A stretch of DNA of 64,000 nucleotides from Promethearchaeia archaeon (GCA_029856045.1 JAHQWG010000046.1:53477-117476); one strand, 5' to 3'; shown: positions 31,470 to 41,036, counted from the first letter of the stretch. Notes: generated from the sequence alone by a model not told the origin. Program-made: numbers and translations.

Positions 31470-31886
31470 ATGGAAGATTTTAAAATTTTAGCTTTTCTAT
31501 GTTTGAAATGAGGTTATGGAGCGGCAGATATGGCTGGAACGATTCGTGCACAATATCCTACCACAATTAGACCAATTAGAGTAAACTGTACTGCAAGAGT
31601 AACTCCAAGTTTAATCATGAGATCAATTGGTAATGGAGCCGATGGAGTATTGGTAATTGGGTGATATCCAGGTGAATGTGATTATGAAATTGGAAATAAA
31701 GTTGCTTTAAAAAATGTGGAATATGCACAAGAAATCTTAAAAACTATTGGTTTTAACCCAGAGAGAGTATTAATGGAGTATTGTAGCTCAGCCGAAGGAG
31801 ATAAATTTCAAAAAACTGCAATAAATACTTCGGAAAAGATTAATAAACTTGGAAAAAATCCCCTCAACAAATTAAAAACCGAATAG
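31470..31886 (+). CDS. mvhD: MvhD/VhuD [2Fe-2S] subunit, selenoprotein (2 Sec), 138 aa; absent from the ORF track
   Basis: MEDFKILAFLCLKUGYGAADMAG...RVNCTARV...GADGVLVIGUYPGECDY...SSAEG; TGA at 31509 and 31662 at the CxxC and GCxxGxC Cys positions. Confidence 0.95.
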
Positions 31887-31931
31887 AATGAATAATATGA
31901 ATAAATTCTAGTTGTATTATGACTTCCTATT
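31882..31931 (+). promoter_or_regulatory. Eukaryote-type SECIS element (AUGA...AA...GA kink-turn hairpin)
   Basis: AUGA 31888-31891; stem 31892-31903 pairs with 31909-31920 (one A.G mismatch, two G-U); AAA 11 nt after AUGA; GA at 31921-31922; lower helix AAUAG/CUAUU. Confidence 0.85.
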
Positions 31932-31999
31932 GCAATAGGATTCGGAATTACACTTTTTTAATTTTTATGGAAATATTTAAAAAAACTTAATGAAAATTA

Positions 32000-32392
32000 G
32001 TGTTAAGCAATACGAAAGAAATTATTATTGAGAATGATAAAATTGGTGAAATTAAAGCAGAATTATTACTAGATAAAAACCCAAAAACATGTAAAGCAAT
32101 TTGGGACAATTTACCCTTAAAAATATCATTATCACGGTGGGGTGATGAATTATATGGTTCAATTCCTATAAAAATTGAGAGAGAAAACGCACAAGAAGAT
32201 TGTGAAGTTGGTGATGTAGCTTATTGGATTCAAGGAACTGGATTTTGTATTATGTTTGGATTGACTCCAGTTAGTAAAGGGGATAAACCGAGAGCTATTT
32301 CACCTGTAAATGTTTTTGCAAAAATTGAAGGAGATATTTCAATCTTCAAACAGTTTGAAACATTTGAAGGAACTGTTAAAAAAGGGAAATAA
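32000..32392 (+). CDS. Cyclophilin-like fold protein (TM1367/DUF369-like)
   Basis: PKTCKAIWDNLP, RWGDELY, VGDVAYW, FCIMFGLTP, SPVNVF. Confidence 0.75.
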   Translation: MLSNTKEIIIENDKIGEIKAELLLDKNPKTCKAIWDNLPLKISLSRWGDELYGSIPIKIERENAQEDCEVGDVAYWIQGTGFCIMFGLTPVSKGDKPRAISPVNVFAKIEGDISIFKQFETFEGTVKKGK

Positions 32393-32495
32393 TTAGCTTT
32401 TCTATAAAAAATCTGAATATTATGATTTTTTATAAAATTTAAAAAAGGAAATATTCTTATTTTTTAATAATTTATTCATTCAGCAAAGTCTTCCG

Positions 32496-33818
32496 ATGAA
32501 AGAGAGAGATAAACAAAGCTTAATCGAATCTGCAAATAAAAAATTAAATAAAGCAGAAAGATTTTTCGAAATAGAAAATTATAATAAAGCTGCGAAACAT
32601 TTCATTAAAGCTGGAGAAGATTTCTATAAAGTTGGGGAATATGATGCTGCAGAAAAAATCTTTTTAATGGTAAGTAAATCTTATGAATATAGTCAAGAAT
32701 ATGAGAATATATTAACCTATTACAGGAAAGCAGCCAATGCCAGTTTAATGATAGATGAGTTTAATAAAGCAGGACGAAATTTTCAACTAGCAGCGAAATA
32801 TGCTTTAAAAAGAGAAAAGAGTAAAGATCGAGATTTTGATGCATTGTTTTGTAGTAGCTTTTCATATTTCTGTTATTTCTTATTGGGACGACAAGATGAA
32901 GGATTAAAATATATAAAATCAATAAAAGTCAAGGTGGATATGGATTCTTTTAGAGAGAACATATTTACTCAACTAATAAAAAACACAACAACTGCAATTA
33001 TTGAAAAAAATATTAAATCCTTAAAGGAAATTGAAAATAATTTGGAAGAGTATAAATTTAAAAGTGGAGAAATACGATTAATAAAATTTGTATTACTTTT
33101 AGCCTATATTAATTTATCAATAAAAAATCAGCTAAATTTTCAAAAGAATAATTTCACAACTGATGAAAAAATTGATTGTTCTCTTGATATTGATACAAAA
33201 CTTTTACTTAATTTAACAGAAGATAAAGGTTTGAATTTTGAAATTAAAAAGCTAACTTTTAATAATATTAGAATTGCCCATTCAGATAATTTATCAATAA
33301 TTAGAAAGCCAAGATTACCAATTGAATTGAATAAAGGAGAACATATTAATTTAAAGTTTAAAGCCGTTTCAAATTTTCCTGATCCAGAATCATCTTTTGG
33401 TCCAATATTAATAACATCAAATATAAATGATTTTTTAACATTTCATATTAAATCAAAATCACAGCATTTAAACATTAGTTCTCCTCCTACACAGCTTGGA
33501 GTTTATTTTAAAAATTTAAAAACTCCATTAATAAATCAGACTTTTCCATTGGAAATAACTGTCTCTAATAAAAGCACCGGAGAAGCTTTAGAAATCGAAA
33601 TTGAACTAGAATTCCCCGAGGAATTAAAAGTTATACGCGGGACAACTAAGAAACAGCTATATTCAATCAGACCAAATGAAGATATAAGATGGGAAATTCA
33701 AATTAAGCCACTTGAACCAGGTGAATTTGAAATAAATACAACAGTAAAATATAAAGACAGTGATAATAACATTATTGGTCCAAAATCAAAAGTATATCCA
33801 ATGAAAATAAAGCTATAA
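32496..33818 (+). CDS. TPR/alpha-SNAP-like helical repeat protein with C-terminal Ig-like beta-sandwich domains
   Basis: YNKAAKHFIKAGEDF, YDAAEKIF, FNKAGRNFQLAA repeats; C-terminal beta-rich LEITVSNKS...FPEEL...IRPNE...PLEPGEFEI. Confidence 0.6.
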   Translation: MKERDKQSLIESANKKLNKAERFFEIENYNKAAKHFIKAGEDFYKVGEYDAAEKIFLMVSKSYEYSQEYENILTYYRKAANASLMIDEFNKAGRNFQLAAKYALKREKSKDRDFDALFCSSFSYFCYFLLGRQDEGLKYIKSIKVKVDMDSFRENIFTQLIKNTTTAIIEKNIKSLKEIENNLEEYKFKSGEIRLIKFVLLLAYINLSIKNQLNFQKNNFTTDEKIDCSLDIDTKLLLNLTEDKGLNFEIKKLTFNNIRIAHSDNLSIIRKPRLPIELNKGEHINLKFKAVSNFPDPESSFGPILITSNINDFLTFHIKSKSQHLNISSPPTQLGVYFKNLKTPLINQTFPLEITVSNKSTGEALEIEIELEFPEELKVIRGTTKKQLYSIRPNEDIRWEIQIKPLEPGEFEINTTVKYKDSDNNIIGPKSKVYPMKIKL

Positions 33819-33860
33819 AAATTGTTTAAAAAATAAATTTTTTCGTGTTTTTTTTATATT

Positions 33861-35117
33861 TTAAACACGCTCAATTATCATACCTCCTAAAATAACCGGG
33901 CTTGATGCGTTGAAAAGTTCAGTTGCTTTCTCTAATTTTGAATTATCTTTCGCATAAATTTTAAAAATTAGATCTCCTTCTTTAACCAGCGCACCAATTT
34001 TTTTGAAGAGTTCGATCCCGGCTGATTTTTCTTGTGGACAGCCAGCCGTTTTAGCAATTTTATTAATTATTGAATTATCAATATCGGTTACATAGCCTGA
34101 TTTGGCTGAGAAGAATTCTGCTTCTAAGGGACCTACTTCAATATCTTCAGGTTTGATATTTGGATTTCCCTCTTGGATTTCTATGATTTTCTTCATTTTT
34201 TCTAATGCTTTTCCGGATCTTAATATATTTTTTGCCATATGTTGTCCAGTTCCTTGTTGGGCTTTTCCACCCATTTCTAATAGGATACCCGCTAAATCAG
34301 TTGATTTTTCAATTAAAGAATTTGGTCCTTTTTTATAATCATATAAAAGGTATAAGGCTTCTCGTGCTTCTATTGCTGGACCTACACAATGTCCAATAGG
34401 TTGGATTGCATTTGTTAAGGCACATTCCGTTTCAATTTTTACTTTTTTTGAGATTTCTTTAAAAAATAACGCAAATTTACGTCCTTCATCTGCATTCTTA
34501 AATTTAGTACCTTTTCCGCAAGGAATATCTAAAACAAGCTTTTTTACACCCATAGACATTTTTTTTGCAAGAATTGACGGAATCATTAATCCAAATGGAT
34601 CTAAGTGCAATTTTTTCTCAATTTTAATCAAGAGCGAATCTGCTGGGACTGTTTCAAGATGCCCCCCCCATATAATACAAGCACCATTTTTTTTAACCAT
34701 TTCTTTAACTTCATCAGATTTAAATTTAACTGGAGCAAGTGTTTCCATTGAATCAGCAGTACCAGAAGGGGATGTGATTGCTCTTGTAGAAGTTTTTGGA
34801 ATAATCAACCCAGCAGCTGCAACTATTGGGACAATTATTAAACTAACTTTATTACCTGGAACTCCACCAGTGCTATGTTTATCATACACATCTGAACCAA
34901 AATCAAATATATTTCCTGTGCTAACTTCTGCTAGTGTTAAACTTACAATTTCTTGATTCATCAATCCATGTATCTTTACTGCAGTAACAAATGCCGCTAG
35001 TTCTACATCTGATAATCTTCCATTAACTATATCGTTAATAATTTCATTAATTTCCGATGCAGATAATATTTTCCCTTTAACCTTCTTTAAAATACAATCA
35101 TAACTTATTGAAGACAT
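33861..35117 (-). CDS. AMP phosphorylase (thymidine phosphorylase family)
   Basis: DKHSTGGVPGNK, PKTSTRAITSPSGTAD, SILAKK, DIPCGKGTK, QPIGHCVGPAIEAREAL. Confidence 0.9.
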   Translation of the reverse strand: MSSISYDCILKKVKGKILSASEINEIINDIVNGRLSDVELAAFVTAVKIHGLMNQEIVSLTLAEVSTGNIFDFGSDVYDKHSTGGVPGNKVSLIIVPIVAAAGLIIPKTSTRAITSPSGTADSMETLAPVKFKSDEVKEMVKKNGACIIWGGHLETVPADSLLIKIEKKLHLDPFGLMIPSILAKKMSMGVKKLVLDIPCGKGTKFKNADEGRKFALFFKEISKKVKIETECALTNAIQPIGHCVGPAIEAREALYLLYDYKKGPNSLIEKSTDLAGILLEMGGKAQQGTGQHMAKNILRSGKALEKMKKIIEIQEGNPNIKPEDIEVGPLEAEFFSAKSGYVTDIDNSIINKIAKTAGCPQEKSAGIELFKKIGALVKEGDLIFKIYAKDNSKLEKATELFNASSPVILGGMIIERV

Positions 35118-35349
35118 AAAATCATGTTAGGTAATGAATCGATTATATTATATTAATATAAATGGATTCAATAATTTAATATTGCCGTTAGAGAAAAAAA
35201 TAGACAATTTAATGTATAATTAATTATTTAATCGTTCCAATCGTTATAGTTGGATGCATTTATTGAAAGAGAGGTTAAAATTAATCGTTCTAGTACTAAT
35301 AATGTACCTATTTTATTAATATCAAATTTAAAAAAAAATTATAATTCGA

Positions 35350-35685
35350 TTAATAATTTACCCAGATTCCTATAAGTGTGCCATATAAAAAAAACAATAT
35401 TGGCAAAAACACTATAATAATTATAATTATTAAAATATATTTTAAAGAACTACGAGAAATATGTAATTTTTTACCAATTTTATATCGATGGTAAATATTT
35501 ATACAAATTATAACACCAAGTATTGAAAGGGTTATCATCCAATAATATATTAAATAATATGCCACAAAAGCTATAAGTGCAATAAGATATGGATAAATAA
35601 ATAAGCTTGCAATAATTGCTCCAACTGTTATAATTAGTAAAATAATAATCTGAATATCTTTTTTTTCTATTCTATCTGAAGACAA
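35350..35685 (-). CDS. Small membrane protein
   Basis: 111 aa with three hydrophobic segments. Confidence 0.5.
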   Translation of the reverse strand: MSSDRIEKKDIQIIILLIITVGAIIASLFIYPYLIALIAFVAYYLIYYWMITLSILGVIICINIYHRYKIGKKLHISRSSLKYILIIIIIIVFLPILFFLYGTLIGIWVNY

Positions 35686-36210
35686 TAAATCATACTCTTA
35701 TTTTTTATAAATTTTATATTTTTTTTTTGTTTATAAAATTTTTCTTTTCCATTTTTTATCTAGAATTAAAGATTAAATTTTAAAGTTTCCAAATTCCTTA
35801 ATATTGCCAAAATGATGAAGTTTATACAGATTATTGGTAGAATTGTTTAGATTTGTTCATTCAGAATTTAATATAAATTGGATAAAATCATTAGGAAATA
35901 GTAAAAAATTTTTAAAAATTTTTTTTCTAATATCGGAAAAGATACGAAAAATTGTAATTTGCAAAATTGCTCAAAAGATTCTATTTTATTTGAAATATTT
36001 TTTTTAAATTTTATCAAAGTTTAGTAAATATTATTAAATTGATTAGGAGTGATGTTTTTAACAATCTTCTTAAAAATATCTTGAAATTTAAAATACAGCA
36101 TTTTAATTTAATTGAGTTTGCAATTAAATGAAATTGATTAAAGAATAAGTTAAGAATTTAATTAACAATTTTTAAGTTTAAACAACTAAAATTGAGTGTT
36201 TTTTTCTAAC

Positions 36211-37413
36211 TCATTTTATTTTTAAATCTATAGTTTTAATCGCATTAAAACATATATCCAAACAACCGTTGAGAATTTCAGAAGAACATTTTTCAGGAGA
36301 ATCTTTTATCGAATGAATAACTTCACAATCCTTAACTGAATGAAAACAGCATATTTGAAATTTTTTATTAGTTTTTTTTACAAACGATCGAAATGATTTA
36401 TGATCACTATCAATTCCAATTTTTTTCCTGTATTTTATTATACAGATATTCAATCTTTTTGCAGATACTTCAAGAATATCATTCAAATGATTATTAATTT
36501 TTCGTTTTTTAATTAAGCCAATTTTATCTAAAAGTCCAATATAGGTTCCTACCATATCAATGTTAATATTAAAAGAATTGTAAAGATCAAAATCTTGATT
36601 TAATTCATCAAAATATCTCTCACAGAATTTTTTTGAGCCTTTTAAACCAAATTCTTCAGCACCGCACCACAGAAACAGAAGATTTATTTTTTCGGGAGGA
36701 TATTCTTTAAAGAGTTTTGCCAATTCAATCAAAATAGCAACCCCACTCGCATTATCAATCGAACCAGTTGATTCACTCGTTTTAATACGTGAAATAAAAA
36801 AAAAAAATGGTAATATTATACATATTCCAATTAAAGAAGATGCTCCAATAAATAATTTGAAAAATTCACTAATAGACCACTCAAAATAAGATCCAATATA
36901 TACAATTGATGAAATAATTATAATTAATAAAAAATAAGGTGTTATAATAATTGTTAATAATAAATTTAAAAATCTCTGCCATTTAAAGGTAAATTTTGAC
37001 AAAATAGAATCATAGTGAGCTGAAAAAATAACTAAAGGTCGCTTTAATTCATTATTTTTTGCCGGTATTTTTGCTATGATATTACGTGATTTTTTTTTTC
37101 TTATTAATGAAATATTACGCATTTTATTAGACATAAATCTTAAAACGAAATATATTATTAAAATCAGAATCAAACGTAGAATGAACAAAAAACTTAAGAT
37201 AATTATATATATTATTCTTATTAATAAACGATTAGGACTTGTCCATTTAAAATATTCAATATTGGTTTCAATATTTTCTTTTGTTAATTCTTTTTCGATA
37301 TAATTAATAGTTTTTATTTCTCCCACAGTTGAAGCTGTACGATTAAAAGCTAAAGATTTGACATGTATTATCGTTGCTTTATCATTAAATGATTTTAAAT
37401 TTGAAATAGACAT
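36211..37413 (-). CDS. M28-family metallopeptidase with transmembrane helices
   Basis: FSAHYDS, GSIDNASGV, GAEEFGLKGS, NIDMVG, SDH, IHSIKD. Confidence 0.85.
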   Translation of the reverse strand: MSISNLKSFNDKATIIHVKSLAFNRTASTVGEIKTINYIEKELTKENIETNIEYFKWTSPNRLLIRIIYIIILSFLFILRLILILIIYFVLRFMSNKMRNISLIRKKKSRNIIAKIPAKNNELKRPLVIFSAHYDSILSKFTFKWQRFLNLLLTIIITPYFLLIIIISSIVYIGSYFEWSISEFFKLFIGASSLIGICIILPFFFFISRIKTSESTGSIDNASGVAILIELAKLFKEYPPEKINLLFLWCGAEEFGLKGSKKFCERYFDELNQDFDLYNSFNINIDMVGTYIGLLDKIGLIKKRKINNHLNDILEVSAKRLNICIIKYRKKIGIDSDHKSFRSFVKKTNKKFQICCFHSVKDCEVIHSIKDSPEKCSSEILNGCLDICFNAIKTIDLKIK

Positions 37414-37641
37414 AATAATTTATTCGAAAAATGAAAATTTAATTTTCTTCATAACTGTACTTATAAAAATAAGGCTTAATTTTAATTTTTTCAATTAAAA
37501 ATTGTAAGAATTAAAAAATACTCGATTATAAAGAAGTGTGCATTTGTAATTTATTAATGAGTTTTTAATTTTAGCGTCGAAAAATAAAGAAAATAAAATT
37601 TAATCGAAAATATAACCTACTCGTTTGTAAAGTTATCCATG

Positions 37642-38658
37642 TTATTTAGTCTGATTGCACCATATATAATGTTCTCCACCGAGATGTATCTTTTTAGGGA
37701 CATCTTCACTGCATGCCATAGATTTACCTTGTTCGAGATATTTAGGGCATCTTGGATGAAAAGGGCATCCGGAAGGCGGATTAATTGGGCTGGGAACATC
37801 ACCTTCTAAAATAACTCTGCTTGTTTTTGTAGTAGGATCAAATGTAGGTCGGGCAGATAATAATGCTCTGGTATATGGATGTGTTGGATTGTAGAAAACT
37901 TCTTCAATTGTTCCAGTCTCCACAAACTTGCCTAAATACATTACAGCAATTCTATCAGCTACGTGCTGTACTACGCTTAAATCGTGTGTAATAAATAATA
38001 AAGATAAATTAAACTTCCTCTGAAGATCTTTTAATAGATTTAAAATTTGAGCTTGAACAGATACGTCAAGGGCAGAGGTTGGTTCATCTAAAATAATAAT
38101 CTCCGGATTACACGCTAGAGCTCTGGCAATTATGATTCTTTGTTTTTGACCTCCAGAAAATTCATGTGGATATCTATCCAAGTGTTCCATTTTCATGGAA
38201 ACTGTTTCCAGAAGTTCAAGAACACGCTTGCGAATTTCCCTCGTTTTCTTCATTCTTTCTAGAATTCTAAGAGGTTCTCCTATAATATTAACAATTTTCC
38301 AGCGTGGATTTAATGAGGCATCAGGATCTTGAAAGACCATTTGAATTTTCTTACGCAAATCATTAGTAAAATTGTTATCGATTCTTACTCCTTTATAATA
38401 AATTTCTCCCGATTTCGCAGAAACTAAATTTAGAATTGTGTTACCTATTGTTGTTTTACCACATCCACTTTCTCCGACTAACCCCAGAGTTTCTTTATTA
38501 TATAGGTTAAAAGTAACTCCATCTACAGCCTTAACTTCTGCAATTTTTCTTCTAAAAAGACCACCTAAAACCGGATAATAAGTCCTAAGATTTCTTACAG
38601 ATAAAATAACTTCTGGATCTCTATCTGAATCTTCTGTTTTCTCTTCAATAAGTGTCAT
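37642..38658 (-). CDS. oppF: Oligopeptide ABC transporter ATPase (OppF/DppF)
   Basis: GESGCGKTT, FSGGQKQR, LDEPTSALDVS, HPYT, PPSGCPFHPRC. Confidence 0.92.
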   Translation of the reverse strand: MTLIEEKTEDSDRDPEVILSVRNLRTYYPVLGGLFRRKIAEVKAVDGVTFNLYNKETLGLVGESGCGKTTIGNTILNLVSAKSGEIYYKGVRIDNNFTNDLRKKIQMVFQDPDASLNPRWKIVNIIGEPLRILERMKKTREIRKRVLELLETVSMKMEHLDRYPHEFSGGQKQRIIIARALACNPEIIILDEPTSALDVSVQAQILNLLKDLQRKFNLSLLFITHDLSVVQHVADRIAVMYLGKFVETGTIEEVFYNPTHPYTRALLSARPTFDPTTKTSRVILEGDVPSPINPPSGCPFHPRCPKYLEQGKSMACSEDVPKKIHLGGEHYIWCNQTK

Positions 38659-38701
38659 TTTTTTTTCCTTTTATTTCTATTATTGATATATTATTATAAT
38701 T

Positions 38702-40027
38702 TTATACCTTATAGGATTCTAAATCTTCTTCTTTATACCATTGATATTTTGGAGAATTTTTATATTCAGGATCGAAAAGATGGCAAGCAATGAAATATTT
38801 ATTTTCTATTTCGAAAAATCTTGGTCTAATTTTATCACAAACTTCCAACCGATAATCACATCTAGGATGAAACCTACACCCCATAGGTGGATAAATTAAG
38901 TTTGGAACCATTCCTCGAATAACTAGTAATTCTTGATTTCTTTTGTCAATGCTTGGAATGGCCCCTATCAATCCTTTAGTATATGGATGGAGTGGATTCT
39001 TAAATAATTTTTCAGCTGTTCCGTATTCTACAATGTTTCCGCTATACATAACGGCGACTCTATCACACATTTCCGCAATAATTCCTAAATCATGTGTAAT
39101 CATGAGAATTGATGTATTGAATTTCTTTTCTAGATTTTTCATTAAGTCAAGAATCTGGGCTTGAATAGTAACATCTAAAGCAGTTGTTGGTTCATCTGCA
39201 ATTAATAGTAGAGGGAGACATGAAAGTGCCATTGCAATCATTATACGCTGTCTCATACCACCGCTTAACTCATGTGGATATCTATTTAGGATCCCCTTCG
39301 CATCTGCAATTCCCACCTCTTCAATAATATTTTCTGCCTTTTCTAGTGCACAATCTTTCAATTCTATTTTCTTTGGTATTTTTTTTGCGAGTTTTTTAAT
39401 TTTATCTTTAAAATCTATATTTTCTTCTTTTGTTAAATGATTTTTATTTTTATTAAATTCCTCTTTTAATCCTTTTAATTCTTGAACTAAATTTTCCCTT
39501 TCTATAAGGCGCTGATCTAACATTTTATTAAGATCCTCCTCTTGATGTAATAAAAATACTTCCGCTATTTGGTCACCAACCGTAATCACAGGATTAAGTG
39601 AATTTAGAGGATCTTGAAATATCATAGTAATATCGTTACCCCGGTGCTCTCTCATTTCCTTTTCAGATAAATTTAATAAATCGACACCATTAAACTTTAT
39701 TGTTCCTTCAATAATTTCTCCTGGAGATCTTACAAGACGTAAAATGGAAAGAGCTGTAACGGACTTTCCGCACCCAGTTTCACCGACAAGTCCAAGAGTT
39801 TCATCCTTAAACATCTTGAATGAGACACCATCTACTGCTTTAACAATTCCTTCTTCGGTATAAAAGTATGTTTTTAGATTTTTAATTTCAAGTAGGTGTT
39901 CTGATTCTTCCTCTATAACTGAATCTGCTGGATTCTTTTTATTATTTAGACCGAGCTTCTTATTTTTTTTCGTATGAATCATTTTCCTCTTTTTTTCCCT
40001 TTTTTCTTTTTTTTTTTTTTGCACCAT
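38702..40027 (-). CDS. oppD: Oligopeptide ABC transporter ATPase (OppD/DppD) with a charged insertion
   Basis: GETGCGKS, LSGGMRQR, ADEPTTALDVT, GCRFHPRC; start position uncertain. Confidence 0.9.
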   Translation of the reverse strand: MVQKKKKEKREKKRKMIHTKKNKKLGLNNKKNPADSVIEEESEHLLEIKNLKTYFYTEEGIVKAVDGVSFKMFKDETLGLVGETGCGKSVTALSILRLVRSPGEIIEGTIKFNGVDLLNLSEKEMREHRGNDITMIFQDPLNSLNPVITVGDQIAEVFLLHQEEDLNKMLDQRLIERENLVQELKGLKEEFNKNKNHLTKEENIDFKDKIKKLAKKIPKKIELKDCALEKAENIIEEVGIADAKGILNRYPHELSGGMRQRIMIAMALSCLPLLLIADEPTTALDVTIQAQILDLMKNLEKKFNTSILMITHDLGIIAEMCDRVAVMYSGNIVEYGTAEKLFKNPLHPYTKGLIGAIPSIDKRNQELLVIRGMVPNLIYPPMGCRFHPRCDYRLEVCDKIRPRFFEIENKYFIACHLFDPEYKNSPKYQWYKEEDLESYKV

Positions 40028-41036
40028 AAATATTTCTTAATCTTGGATCCAGGGCATCTCTTAACCCATCGCCAAGCAACATAAAACCCAATACAGCTAA
40101 TAAAATCATAAAACCAGGCCAGAAAGCTCCCCAAGGTGCTTCATATAAATGAAGTCTTGCATCAGCGATATCATTTCCCCATTCAATTAATTGAGGATCA
40201 CTAAAACCTAAAAAGGCTAATCCTGCTAAACTTAATATAATTCCACCTATGTCAAATGTGAATGAAATTATGACTGGTTGGATACAATTCGGTAGTATAT
40301 GTTTAAACATAATTCTCCAATTTCCTGCTCCGGTTACTTTTGCAGCTTGAACATAAGGTAAGTCTCGAGATTGTACTACTGAACTCCTAATTAATCTTGA
40401 ATAATAAGGAACACCGATAATTCCATATGCTAGCATTATATACTCCATATGCTGGCCCCACATTGCGATAAATACCATCGCAAGAATCAGACCTGGAAAT
40501 GCAAGTAAGATATCCATAATTCTCATGATTATTGAATCTGCCCATCCACCATAAAATCCAGCAATCACCCCAAAAATAACCCCAAATATTAAACTAAATA
40601 ATATAGAAGGTAGAGCAATTGTTAAAGAAGCTCTAGCTCCATAAATTATTCTCCCTAAAATATCACGCCCTAAACGCCCTTGACCTAAAAGATGGGCTGG
40701 AGATGGTGGATCATAATTTCCTGGGGCAATACCGACTAATACATCAAAAGTATAGGGAGAAAACCATGGTGCAAACACGGCTATAGTAACAATAAAAAAG
40801 ATAAGTAACATTCCAAAGATAGTTAATGTAGATTTCATTCTCCGAATGAATTTTCTTTTACTTATTTTCTTTTCATATTCAATCTGTCTGATTGATAATT
40901 CTTCTAATCTTGAAGCCGGTATGAGAAGGAATTTAACATTTTTCAAAATCCAAGAGAATATTTTTTTAATAATATTGTCTTTTCCTTTTGATTTTATTTC
41001 TTCTTCAATTTCTTGTTGCGTATTTTTTTTCTCCAT
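39960..41036 (-). CDS. oppC: Oligopeptide ABC transporter permease (OppC/DppC)
   Basis: HLLGQGRLGRDILGRIIYGARASL, YVQAAKVTGA, HILPN, LGDGLRDALDP. Confidence 0.92.
   Translation of the reverse strand: MEKKNTQQEIEEEIKSKGKDNIIKKIFSWILKNVKFLLIPASRLEELSIRQIEYEKKISKRKFIRRMKSTLTIFGMLLIFFIVTIAVFAPWFSPYTFDVLVGIAPGNYDPPSPAHLLGQGRLGRDILGRIIYGARASLTIALPSILFSLIFGVIFGVIAGFYGGWADSIIMRIMDILLAFPGLILAMVFIAMWGQHMEYIMLAYGIIGVPYYSRLIRSSVVQSRDLPYVQAAKVTGAGNWRIMFKHILPNCIQPVIISFTFDIGGIILSLAGLAFLGFSDPQLIEWGNDIADARLHLYEAPWGAFWPGFMILLAVLGFMLLGDGLRDALDPRLRNIYGAKKKKRKKGKKEENDSYEKK

Noticed and set aside
29501-31886. Genome-wide TGA reassignment (Trp/Gly)
   Set aside because: TGA terminates hisS and other genes normally, and readthrough sites align with Cys rather than Trp or Gly
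31905-31999. Hydrophobic reading ILVVL*LPIAIGFGITLF*FLWKYLKK after mvhD
   Set aside because: Multiple stops and no start; overlaps the SECIS; likely chance in AT-rich DNA
35690-36205. Possible decayed gene or ncRNA in a ~500-nt intergenic gap
   Set aside because: Only short stop-interrupted frames with no recognisable motif or stable structure
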